A program made the position numbers and the translations under genes. A stretch of 64,000 nucleotides of DNA, taken from Mobula hypostoma (lineage: Eukaryota). The notes below the pieces were generated by a model. The model ran no database searches. It was not told the DNA's origin and saw only the letters and a program-made list of their open reading frames with translations. The stretch spans positions 91,886,001 through 91,950,000 of the forward strand of contig NC_086097.1 of the NCBI RefSeq assembly GCF_963921235.1, written 5' to 3'. Of the stretch, positions 1 to 12,440 are shown one piece after another; within the stretch, counting starts at the first letter, position 1; each line of letters opens with the position of its first letter.

Positions 1-824
1 TATGATTTGACTTCCTTTTTATTTTAATGTTTTAAATTATTCTCTCTCCTCCTCCATATTTTATATAGGTGTTTCCATTTTTGGAAACAGCAATTATCAC
101 TTCATATCCTGCATCATCATTACAACTAGCTCTTCAGGTGGAAAGGCCAGCCAAGGTAACAAGCCCTACTTTTTTTTCATTGCTCCAACAAAATAGCATA
201 GAAAGAGACCAATAATCCCATTATTCCTCTGCTATTATTTTGCTAGAAGTAATCCACTGGCCTACTAAACTTTTGTATCCTACTCACCTAAAGTTTTTAT
301 CAATTTTCCCCCCTTTTTTGATACTCTTTCATACTCACAATGACAAAGCAGTCCATTACAGGGTTTCTGTCTATTTGCAGCAAAATTATGACAATGTAAG
401 AAAACAGACAAATTGCAAGATATAGGCTTTATATACAATTTTACTTCAAGAAAATGACTTAATTCATGAGAGACACTTCATGATTTCAGGAAACGTGATA
501 GTTGAGCTGCATGCAGCATGTTGTCAAAACCACCAATTTCATTATGTTCTGGTAATCTTCCCTAATGATATTTGATTAGTAACTATATGTCAGGACGTAA
601 AGGACACCCTCCTCTTACTCTTACAATGTGCTGAGAAATTTTCTGCATTTGTCTAAGAGAACAAACCAGAATCCTGCATAATGTTTCATCTAAAAGATAT
701 CACTTCTCACAGGGTCCTTCAAAAGTAGATTTTCCTCACCAAATTATTTCAATTGGATTTGGGGTCTTCAGTAAGAGACAGGAATTTAAGCAGACAGGAA
801 ACTTGCAGCTTACCTTTTTGTTTT

Positions 825-1060
825 AGTCATAGTCATACTTTATTGATCCCGGGGGAAATTGGTTTTCGTTACAGTTGCACCATAAATAATATATAGTAAT
901 AGAACCATAAATAGTCATATGTAACTTATGCTAGTAAATTATGAAACAAGTCCAGGACCAGCCTATTGGCTCAGGGTGTCTGACCCTCCAAGGGAGGAGT
1001 TGTAAAGTTTGATGGCCACAGGCAGGAATGACTTCCTATGACGCTTTGTGTTGCATCTTG
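825..1060 (-). mobile_element. 3'-end fragment of the same Rex1-like family as 53165-55187
   Basis: Near-identical to 53165-53390 (tagtcatactttattgatccc...gttgcatct). Confidence 0.88.
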
Positions 1061-4000
1061 ATTGGAAACAAAACTAGGCAAAAAGTAAAAATCAATTGAA
1101 TTTACTGTTATTTAAAGTTCACCTACAACTATTTGCAGAAGGGCTGTAGGACAATGAGTATTTATATTACCTGCCAACTAACTACCTGTTTCTACATGAT
1201 GAGATCATACATGATTGAAGTTTTAATTGTTTTTCATTGACTAGCAGTTTTAAGGAAAAACATACTTAGAATCTGGAAAAAAGGGCAAATTAAAAATAGA
1301 ACATTAAACATAAAAAAATGAAGAAAAGTGGAATGGAGTAAACTAAAAGTTATATACCATTGTTTTATTAATGATCTTGGAACTCATTTAAACCTCACTT
1401 CAATTATTGAAACTCAAATAGACAGGGCATAAATGAAGGCAAGTAATCCAATTTCATTACTTTCATTTAAAGCTGCCTTATATATTTGTGTGCCCCTGTA
1501 TTCACAAACTATTCTTGCAGTACTTGGACTTCAGTCATAGTTTGTATAATTTTCAAAACTGGAATTGGTTTATTATTGTCATGTGTACCGAGATACAGTG
1601 AGAAATAGTTCTGCAATCTGTCCACACAGATCATTTTAAAATATAAGTATATTGAGGCAGTACGTGGGAAAAGCAATAACAGAATGCAGAATATAGTGTT
1701 ACAGTTACAGAGAAATTGCAGAGGAGGCAGACAATGAGGTGCATGGCCATAATGAGGTACTCTGTGAGGTCAAGAGTGCATCTTATTATACTAGGAAACA
1801 GTTCAATAGTTTAATAACAGCAGGATATAAGATGTCTTTGAGTCTGGTGCTATGTGCTTTCTTGCTTTTGTATCTGCCCATTAAAAGAAAATGTCTAGGG
1901 TGGGTGGTGGTCTTTGATTATACTGGCTGCTTTTCCAAGGCAGCATGAAGTATAGACAGAGTCCATGGAGAGGATGCTGATTTTTGTGATTGACTGACCT
2001 ACATCTATAATTCTACAATTTCTTGCAGCCCTGGACAGAACAATTGCCATACCAACCTGTGATGCATCTGGATAGGATGTTTTCAATGGTGCATCTATAA
2101 AAATTGATGAGGATCAACAGAGGCAGGCCAAGGGAAAGACTTAATTTAAGATAATAAATGAAATGTATGCTAGCAGAATTTCTCTGGAACTAGATTAGAT
2201 CTATTTGTCTCATGTAATCGAAACATTGAAACATACAGCGAAATATGTTCTTTGTATCAAGGACCAACACAGTCCGATATGTACCGGAGGCAGTCTACAA
2301 GTGTTCCAGTGTCAACATAGCATGCTCACAACTTACTAGCCCCAACCCACAAGTCTATGGAGTGTGAGAGGAAACCAGAGCACCCCGAGGAAACCAACGT
2401 GTGCACTGGGAGAATACACAAACTCTTCACACACAGCAGAAGGAACTGTCTTCCAATCTTACCGCTAGAGCTGTAAAGCATTACGCTAACCACCTACTTG
2501 CATCCATTACATTTGTCATTAAATAATGCAGGTTTTATTGGTTTCTCTGTCCAATCAAAAACAGCGGTGCAGGTGAAATACATGCACAGGAAAAATTATA
2601 TATACGCTTTGATATTATAAGCAAAGCACTGTTCCATGTTGCAATACCAGAACTATTAGTTTTCTGGCATCTCGTTTAGTTGCCGAATGAGACCCAGACA
2701 GTCAGCATTAGAACTTCACTGGCTGTGACCAAAGGGGGTATAAAAATCAAATTTGATTCTAGACTTAATTCAACAGTGCAACAGGTATGCTGCCAGCAAG
2801 GGCCATTGGATAACATTAAGATTAATGAATTTTGACTCCATTCTCTGCAAAGATTTCAATTTATATTTCTTGCAACCACAATGGAGATCAGCAAATTTAT
2901 CACTGAAGTGAGATCAACCTGGGATCTCCCTTTTCAATCTTGTTCGCCATAGGGATTAACTTACCAACCATATTTATTTAAGTTATTTCTGCATATACTA
3001 AGTTGAGTTATTAAAAAAAACTGCCAAAGGATCTCGGTGGATTAGGTAGCATCTTTAGAGGCAGAAGTATAGTCAACAGTTCATATGGAGACCCTGCATC
3101 AGAACTCTGTAAGTTAATGCCTGATGCAAAATCTGTATCCTGAATGCAACACAATTTCTCTGCTTCCCGCTTTGTCCCAAGGTAAAAATCACCAAGGTAT
3201 CTCAGATACTGTGTACAAAATACTATCGATATCTACTTGTAGTTCTGACTACGTATTAGCAGTTTAATTGGATTGGACCAGAGTTTTGATTTGTTCTCTT
3301 GGAGGGCACTCAGAAGTCAGTCTGCAACATGTAATTTGTTCTTATCTTAGGCAGATTAATTCAATGTTATCTGCAATGTGTAATCTGATTCAGTTGTTGT
3401 TAGATAGGTTAGGTGGCTGGATGCAGACAAGACAGCATAGTAACTATTGCTTTCGGGGAGCAGAAAGCAGACACTAGGTTAGGCAAAGGCACCCAGAATG
3501 CACTCTGATCACACCCGCATTATCAAGTATCAAGCAGAATGCGGAGATCACACTGTTCAGTTCAACAAATGCATTGGCATCCTACTGTAAAGTTGAAAAA
3601 CTCACATCAAATATCACAAGCATTTCCAATATTGCAGCATCTACAATACTCTCTCCACACATCCTAGCTTTCAATATGTTTAAAATTGTTTTTGAGCATT
3701 TTAATATTCTGGAGATGTTGGGCAGGATGGGGAGCACAGTTAGGGGTAAGAGCAGTAGTTAAGAACAATCCAGATGAGTAACGAAGTCTGCTTGCCCTCC
3801 AACTGATATTAGAAATATATTATGTAACATGGATGTGTTACATTAATTGCAGTGAATCAGAAAGGGAAAGTGTATCAAAGAAAAGCATTTACAGACTAGA
3901 GACTGGTGTTGGGAGTGTTAAAGAGCTCCATCTGGTGTTGAAGTGGCTAAAACATCATCTATTCGATTCCCCTTGTGACTGATTATATCTGGTAGATGGC

Positions 4001-5114
4001 AGAAATGTTTGGACCGAAAAAGCCTAGCATTGCACTGAGCTGGTTAATGCAGTAAAGTGGTTCTAACCATTTAGAAGAAAAAGAAGTGAACTTGGGTATT
4101 ATCCTGATTCTTATTAGTCAAACTTATGAGATATCTATCTCTATAATTTCCTCTAGCACCTCAACCCTTCAAAAATCTCTGCAGAATTGCAATCAGAGGA
4201 TCTTCTATTCTTACCTACTTGTACAAACATGACCTCAATAAAGCCACAGTTGACAACTGTGCTTCCAGCTGTCAGATCCCTTGACCTGGAATTCCATTCC
4301 TAAGCCTCTCCGTATTTTTCTTCCTGTAAGTGGTTTCATAAAACTGACCGCTTTGATCAGGTTTTTGATTACATTCTGTAATATCACACAGCAGAAATCT
4401 ATGCCAAATTTTTGTCTAGTAAAGTTTCTGCGAAGCCTCCTGGTACATTTATCAGTTCAAAAATGTGAAAAAGAAAATGCACACTGTTGTGATTGTATGC
4501 CTATCTTTAAAGCTTTAATAGAAGATCAAATTAGCTATGGTGTGGTGCTCTAATTTTCAAATGTGACTTCACGGCAAAAGTTAAAAGGAAAGAATCAGAA
4601 TTTGTAGCTCCTCATTTTTTAAGGTATAAATTGGCCTGCTAAAGCTGTGATTCTCATGCTGGGGACTGCAACTTATTATGTAGGGTGATAGTGGGAGGGT
4701 GTAGTTTGGTTCCTCGTGTATATAAGCAACACAGCATACATGCATAAATATGCAACTGAATCAACAATGAGTGAGCAGTGAAGATACTACTTAACCCACT
4801 GAGTTCCTTTGACAGTTTTTTTTAAAAACAACTCTCTCAACAACAAAGTTTATTAAATTACAGATCAATTAAAGCACCGAGATCATCTCAGCTTAAAGGT
4901 GAAAGTATTTTAAATCTGACTTTGAGCTTCAATTTTGCAGTTTTAGTCCTAAAGGTAATGGAAAGACTATAAATATTCACTGTGTGGGTTGTCCACTGAA
5001 TCGATGAAACCACGAAAATTGTGGCGATAAATGGGAACTGCATTTTTTCAAACAAGTGACAAATTGGGCCAGGTTTTGTGTAGATGGAAGTTTTCTGACA
5101 GCAAATAGCCTCAG

Positions 5115-5390
5115 CTGTGAAAGTGGTGTCATGGGTAGATAGGGTCGTAAAGAGAGCTTTTGGCACAATTGGCCTTCATAAATCAAAGTATGAAGTACGC
5201 GAGTTGGGATGTTATTTTGAAGTTGTACAAGACATTGGTGAGGCCCATTTTGGAGTACTGGGTGCAGTTCTGGCCACCCACCTATGGGGCATACATATAT
5301 CAATAAGTTTGAAAGGGGACAGAGAAAATTTACAAGGATGTCGCCAAGACTTGAGTTATAGGAAAAGATGAATAGGTTAGGACTTCACTC
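5115..5390 (+). mobile_element. Degraded CR1 RT C-terminal fragment
   Basis: DRVVKRAFG, plus a nucleotide match to the CR1 segment at 22.7-23.0 kb. Confidence 0.75.
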
Positions 5391-8300
5391 TATGCCTCAT
5401 CTGTAGAAGACTCTATCATCACTGATGAAAAACTTACAAAAGCGGGCTGCCTAAGAGCTTCTACCTGATATATATTTCGCTTTACAAGATGCCACTCTTG
5501 TCTGATCAAATTGGATTTGCAAGAAAAAGTCTCATTAGGTTTCTGTCCTAATGCTCACCTCTAAAGTTCAGACAACAGATACTTCCACTCACGGGTTAGA
5601 TAGTACTTGTTAGTTAGTGAGGTAGTATGCTCTTTCTGTTATCAACAGGCTAAAGAAATTTGTCACTACCATTGAAAGCACCCTACCCGGATGCATCACA
5701 GCTTGGTATGGCAACTGCTCTGCCCGGGAACACAAGAAACCACAGAGAGACACAGCTTAGCATATCATGGAAGACAATCTTCTTCCATGTACTCTATCCC
5801 CACTTCTCACTGCATCAGTAAAGCAGCTTACATATTTGAAGACCTCACTTACCCTGGACATTCTCTCTTTTCCCTCCTCCCACTGGATAAAAGATACAAA
5901 AGCCCAAGAGCACATATCACCAGGTTCAAGGACAGCTTCTATTCAAAGTACATTTATTATCCTTGAGATTCGTCTCCTTGCAGACAACCATGAAATGAAG
6001 AAATCCAAAAACAAACCCATTAAAAAAAAGATCGACAAATACCCTATATGCAGGGGGGAAAAAATCATGCAAACAATAAAGGTAAGCAAATTGAATTTAG
6101 AACGAAAGTGAGACCTCAGACATGAAGCCACAACCTCAACTTCAGTTCATCGCAGAGCGGAGAAAATGTCACGGAGCCTGCAGGATCGAAGCCTGAAGCA
6201 GCTGGAGTGGCCCCACACCCTCAGCGCAGCAAAGAACAGAGTAAACGTCATGAATCAGTGAACAGAACCGGCCTGACCCTCAGCTCTGGTCCTGACGCCC
6301 TACCTTTTCAATCCATCTGGCCCAGTGTTTAAATCATCGGTCATTCATTTTTCTAAGACCTAGGCCCTGTTTCATTAATATGCTCTGGGCACGGGTCCCG
6401 CTGCCACATTTTGGCCTGTACCCGACCACTCAAAATCAACCCGGCTTTCAGATCAATCAAACCTTACTCTCGGTTTAGGTGGACGGGCCTTGAATGTGCC
6501 TCTCCTCCGTTCTGACTTTGCTTCGCTCAGCTCGCCTCAACCTCACCCCAACTTTGCCTCGCACCCACACACTTTGACCCTCCACTCAGCCTCGCCTTCA
6601 CTTGCTTCTTCATTGTTCGCAGTAATCATTTCCAATAATGTTTTACAGAAAAAGTGTTATCAATAAAGTATTTAGTTACTTTTGAACAGTCCCCCTGCAG
6701 GATGAGATGGAATCTTGACTTCATAATCCATCTCGTTATGCTCTTGCACCTTAATGCTTAGCTGCATTGCATTTTCTCTGTAACTGTAATATTTTATTCT
6801 GCAATCTGTTATTGCCTTTCCCCTGTACTACCCCAGTGCACTACTGTAATGACAACATGCAAAACGAGTTTCTCACTCTACCGTGGTAGATATAACAATA
6901 ATAAACCGATTTTCTATTTTACAAATTTAAAATTCTGTGTGTTCCCAATGCACGTACTCAATATTTTCAATACCAGGCCAAATGCTACTTCCCAACCCTG
7001 GGATGGGGTTCCCGAGGAGCTAGTGGAGAGTTTGCATCCTTCCAGGAGGTTTTCAGCACACCCTTGAACATTTTCTTCTATCTGCTGGTAATCATTCAAG
7101 AATCCAGGATCAGACATGCAAAAGGCATGACTTGAGTAACAGCTGACTGAGTGAAATTGGGGCTTTGAAGCAAAGAAGTTGATTTTGATTTGCTTATCCT
7201 GTCGGAGGAATTTAAGGACTTTGTGGAGGCAATGTTCCAGTATCTTGAGGTTCCCACCATAAGTAGTTCAAGTCTCAGAAGCAAATAAAAGGGCAGTGAT
7301 CACTGTTGTCCATTGAACCACGGATTCTGTTTTGGAACTGAGTCAAATTTTCTCCAGCAGCCCTTTGGTACTTACAGGAATTTGAACCTAATGCACTTCC
7401 CATCTGCCGAAGATTTTAACGCTTCCACGATGGTCTCATCATTTGGCTTAGACCCACTAATCAGGAGATTCACTTTACAAAACGCTACTCAATCTGTTCA
7501 TCCTGGATCTTACAAACATCGATTTCTTCCTGTGTGTAAGGACTGCGCTGACAAATTGGAAGGCATTGATAAATTTAATCATCAATCTTTTGCCTTCACT
7601 GAAAGATGGCTCTCAATATAGTTTGGCAGGTCCTTGCTGTGAATCTTTACTGTCAGAGGGTGGAGTGATAAAATAACGGCAGGTTGGCAGAGAATGTTTG
7701 TCTTGTAGAATTTGAGTGTAAAATTCATTTTCTGATATATTTCAGTGAACAAGTCTCCAATAGCTTGCAGCTTGTTTACTTAGCATATGCAAAGGCATGC
7801 ATCATCTGAATTCTGCAGCTCTTCCACTGACATTGTGGTAACCTTGATTCTAGTGTGTAGTCATACAGCTTGAAAAATTTTGCTTTAGTGGTGATGATTC
7901 TGTTTTGTGTGTCCCTAGGATAATGGCACCTATGCTGCAATTGGGCCAGCTGCTCATTGGTCAATGAAAGGAGATATTTAAGGAGGATCCTGCTGATGAC
8001 TTTCCTATGTTGCAGGTCTTAGAAAAGTAGTTTCCATAGTTAGATTTGTCTCCTTGACATGATGATGACATCTCTAAAGCCCCATGGTATGCCTCCTGTC
8101 CCTACACATAGACTATGAATTGTGGATTTATAACCAATGTTTGTTATTGTTGAGTTTTAGAATTTCACTAGCTTTACCGTCTTCTCCTGAAGCTTTGTTT
8201 TTTTTTGGTTTATCACAGTCTTTTCATCTTCTTATCAGTTAGAAATGGCAGAAAAGTTAGACCAAATAAGCTGTTGTACAAAGAAGTCAATGGCATTTAC

Positions 8301-8439
8301 ATCACGATCTTTGAAGTGTTCCTTCCAGCAGCCATCGACTGACACCTGCCATCTATTCATTTGGTCAAGGGTTTTCTGTCAGACCTTTGCCTTCAACATA
8401 GAAGAGTGTGGCTCAGGAACCCAGCCCACCATGGTCTGT

Positions 8440-9150
8440 AGCAACCATAATGACTAATCAAACTAATCCCTGCTGCCTGCACATGGTCCATATACTCCTG
8501 GTCCCTGTATTTGCAAGCCTATGTCTAAAATGACTCAAACATTTCTTTGAATCTGCTTCTTCCACCTCCACTAGCAGCAGGCTCCAGGCACCTATCATCC
8601 TATATAAAAAAATACTCTCCTCTCCTTAAGCTTCCAACTTCATAATTAATCCTGTGTCATCTTGTATTTAACACTCCTACTTGAGGTAAAAGATGGACTA
8701 TCTACTATATCAGGCTGTCCTTTAGCATCCAGAGAAAACAATCCAAGTTTGTCCAACTTATCCTTATACTAATACCCTCCAGACCAAGTAACATCATAGT
8801 AAACCTCTTTCACACAGTTTCCAAAGCTTCCACATTTTTAACACTGCACCCAATATTCCAAATGTGGCCTAAGGCTTTAGGTAACAGCATCAAGATTTCT
8901 CAACTTTTAGACTCAATAACCTGACCAGTGAAGGTAAGTTGTTTTGTGCCTTTTTAACAACTTGTGTTGCCACTTTCAGAAATCTATGGACTTGCGTCCT
9001 CTGTACATCAGTGCTCCTAAGGGTCCTGCCATCTACTGTATAGTCTCCCCTGCCGTTGACCTTCCAAAACACAAAACCTCACACTTGTCCAGATTAAATT
9101 CCATCTGCCATTTCCCTGCCCAAATTTCCAACTGAGCAATATTCTGTTGT
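8440..9150 (-). mobile_element. Degraded CR1 3' fragment
   Basis: Minus-strand WAGKWQMEFNLDKCEVLCFG. Confidence 0.75.
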
Positions 9151-9404
9151 GCCCTTTGGGGATTTTTCTCAGTATCCACAACTGTTTTTTGCCCTTGAGA
9201 AAAGTGCTGCCTTTCAGCAATATCATACAGCCTGTCAGTCAGATAACATGGGTTCAAGACCCACTCAAAGACTTGAGCACACACTCTGGGTTATTGCTCT
9301 AATGCTGTTCCAAGAGGGTGCTCCATTTTCATTTTTTTGAAGGAATATCAAGTTAATATTTTCACAGCTGAACATATAATGTGCCTAGAGATTTCTAGCA
9401 TTAC

Positions 9405-9975
9405 AAGATATGCGAGAAGTGTTGGTGCTGTGTTCATCAGAGACATGGGAAGTTTAGTATTGTGTGTTATTAGAGATGTGGGGGGTGTTAGCATTATGTT
9501 TTTAAGGACATGAGTTGTGTTATTGCTGTGAATTAATAGGGGTGTGGGGAGTGCTTGGTCTACATGTTATTAGAGATGAGGAGAGTATTAGTGCTTTGTG
9601 TGTAGGAATATAGGTGGGATTAGTTCTGCAAGTGATTGGAAATGTGCAGAGTGTTTGCAGTGTTTTATTAGACATGTTGGTCGTGTTAGTGCTGTGCATT
9701 AGAAAGGATGTAAAGTGTTAGGTCTTTGGTAATGATGCAGTTGGCTTAGTGCTGTTCATTATTAGCATTGTCTCGGGAGCATTGCTGCTGCCTTATCACA
9801 AATGAAGAAAGTGTTGAAAATGCATTAGTTGGGATGTGAGAAATATTAGCAATGTGAATTGTTGGGGATGTGGAGAGTGTTAGAACTATGTGTACTCACA
9901 GATTTGCTAAGTTTTGGTGCTATACTGTGACAGAGATGTGATGAGGATGTGTCATATGTTGTCAAGGATGTGTGG
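9405..9975. repeat. Degenerate GT-rich minisatellite with a ~32-34-bp unit
   Basis: Recurrent units resembling gatgtgggaagtgttagtgctgtgtgttattaga. Confidence 0.65.
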
Positions 9976-10655
9976 AATATTTATGTTGTATTTTGTCAGG
10001 GACAGCATTAGGACTACTCATACCCTGCAAACATCTTATGTCACACATGGTGCTGATTGACATTATTCTGCAATTGCTGCTTCATAATAACAGTAAATTG
10101 CTTCCACTACCACCTCACATTGTCCACAGACTGAATAGAGGTTGCCAATATACATTGTTAGAAAAACACAGACCTGTCATTCTAATACTAGAGTTCCTCC
10201 TCAGCATCCTTTATTCACTTTAGCACGGTTTACTGATCTTCATAGTTTCTCATGACACACCATGTCTATATAAGGGAGCAAATCTTGCTTAAGTGCTACT
10301 TAGGTACACGTTCTATCAATCTAGCTCATTCCTGTGGCTGGCCTTGATAGCTACTAATGCCACAAATCATTGAAGGGTTCACTCATGTTAGATTAGAGCA
10401 GGTGTACAATACAAGAGGTGACACAATAGTTTGTGTTGTTGCTTCACAGATACAGTAACCAAAGTTCAATATTTGATGGTGTGTGTATGTGCTTTGTGAC
10501 CTCACAGGCTTCCCCTAAATGTTTCTCTTTCTTTCTAGAGCACAGAAACATCTGTTTTCAGGAGTAACCTGTATCATATTACTCTAAATATACTTACTGT
10601 AATTATTTCATTGAATTGAATAATCATAAATGCCCATAATTACTAATGGAGTATA

Positions 10656-11189
10656 CACCCAGTGGCTACCTCATTAGTTACATCTATACACCTGCTCATT
10701 AATGCAAATAGCTAATCATCCAATCATGTAGCAACAACTCAATGCATGGAAGCATGCAGGCATGGTCAAGAGGTTCAGTTAACGTTCAGACCAAACATCA
10801 GAGTGGGGGAAGAATTTGTCTGTTGAATAATTGCTGGTGCCAGATGGGGTGGTTTGAGCATCTCAGAAACTGCTGATTTCCTGGGATTTTCACGCACTCT
10901 AGAGTTTATAGAGAACAATGCAAAAAAAAAACCATCCAGTGAGCAGCAGTTCTGTAGATGAAAACACCTTGTTAATGAGAGAGGTCAGAGGAGAATGGCC
11001 AAACTGATAGGAAGGCAACAGTAACTCAAATAACCATGTGTTACAACATTGGTATGCAGAAGATTATCTCTGAATGCACAAGACATTGAACCTTGAAGCT
11101 ACAGCAGTAAAAGATCACGAACATACTGTAAAGCATCCAGTAGCACCTTGTTAGGTACCTCTTGAACCTAATAAAGTGGCAACTGAGTA
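10656..11189. mobile_element. Tc1/mariner-type non-autonomous element
   Basis: Ends caccCAGTGGctacctcattag and ctaataaagtggcaactgag with TA flanks; related sequence at 25703-26080. Confidence 0.6.
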
Positions 11190-12360
11190 TAGACTGTAAA
11201 ATGTAGTGAATATCATGAAACTATTTTTTTTAATTACCAGCTTAAAATCTCCTTGAAAAATGACAATTTGTGTAAAGTTAGATTTTGGTAATTAAGGTCA
11301 ATTGCAACCCGGAGAGTTACTGCCATATATATGTCCGAAAAATCCCGATTTCAACCAAAATTTCATCCGTAGCAACATGATATTTCCAATCTCAGCAATT
11401 TTTTGTCTCAAGCTGTTCCTGTATTGTCAAACTCATCCTGGACATAATTCTTCACCTCTGGTGGAACCTCTACAAACCTGTGTGGATTTTTCTTCTTTGC
11501 AACTCTCATATAAAAAAACCGAATAGAATAAAGTAGGAAACATTGGTTGGGTAGTGAATGGAAGAGGTCTGTCCTTTTGGCAGCAGAATATGCCAACCAG
11601 ATCCCTTTTGCTACAAACATTCTTCATCCAGAGAAACATTTGAATGGGGTATCTGCAGACATAAGAAGCAGGGATTTTAGCTAACCAAAGATAATTTATT
11701 TATTATATTCACATGTACCAAGATGCAGTGAAAAGCCTCGTTTTGCATGCCATCCAGACAGATCATTCCAAACGTACGTACATCGAGGTAGTACAAAAAT
11801 GCCTGATAACAGAATGCAGAATATAGTATTACAGTTACAAAGAAAATGCAGTATAACTAGACAACTGAGCTGCAAAGACCACAATGAAAGTAGACAGAGA
11901 TTAAGAGCTCGTCTTTATCATACAAGTCTGTTCAAGAGTCTTACACAGTCGCAGCAGCTACCATAGTTTCATATTTAAAAGGCCTAATTAAAAGTGAACA
12001 GAATTTCTTTAAGCCCTAGGTGATCTGGTGTGACTCACAGTAGGATGGTAAAGATTGAGCTCATTTTCAGATACTTAACATCACTTTCAACTGTCAATTC
12101 AATAGTTCCATTCCACTGATCTTGGAACTGAACATTCATCTCTCACCTTATTTGTTATGCATCACTGTGAATATTGTAGACAAGCTCAACATTTACTGCC
12201 ATCGCTGACTGCTTGAGGAAAAGATGGTAAGCCATTATACTCTGGCGATGGGGGGTGGAGAAAGGGAAGCCCATAAAGTGTACTACTTTGTCCTGGATGA
12301 TGTTGATCTGTTTGAACACGAGAGCTGCATTCATCCAGGTAGAAAGAATTCAGTCTAGAG

Positions 12361-12440
12361 CAGAGGTTCCCAACCTGGCGTCCATGGGCTCCTCAGTTAA
12401 TGGTCAGGATCCATGGCATAAAAAAGGTTGGGAACCCCTG
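12361..12440. mobile_element. 80-bp hAT (Charlie-like) MITE
   Basis: TIRs CAGAGGTTCCCAACCT and AGGTTGGGAACCCCTG; 8-bp TSD GTCTAGAG/ATCTAGAG fitting the NTCTAGAN target. Confidence 0.85.

Noticed and set aside
6890..8230. Possible ancient retroelement coding remnant on the minus strand
   Set aside because: No diagnostic motif could be read with confidence.
9405..9975. CRISPR-like periodicity
   Set aside because: Vertebrate context, contiguous degenerate units, no spacers and no cas genes.
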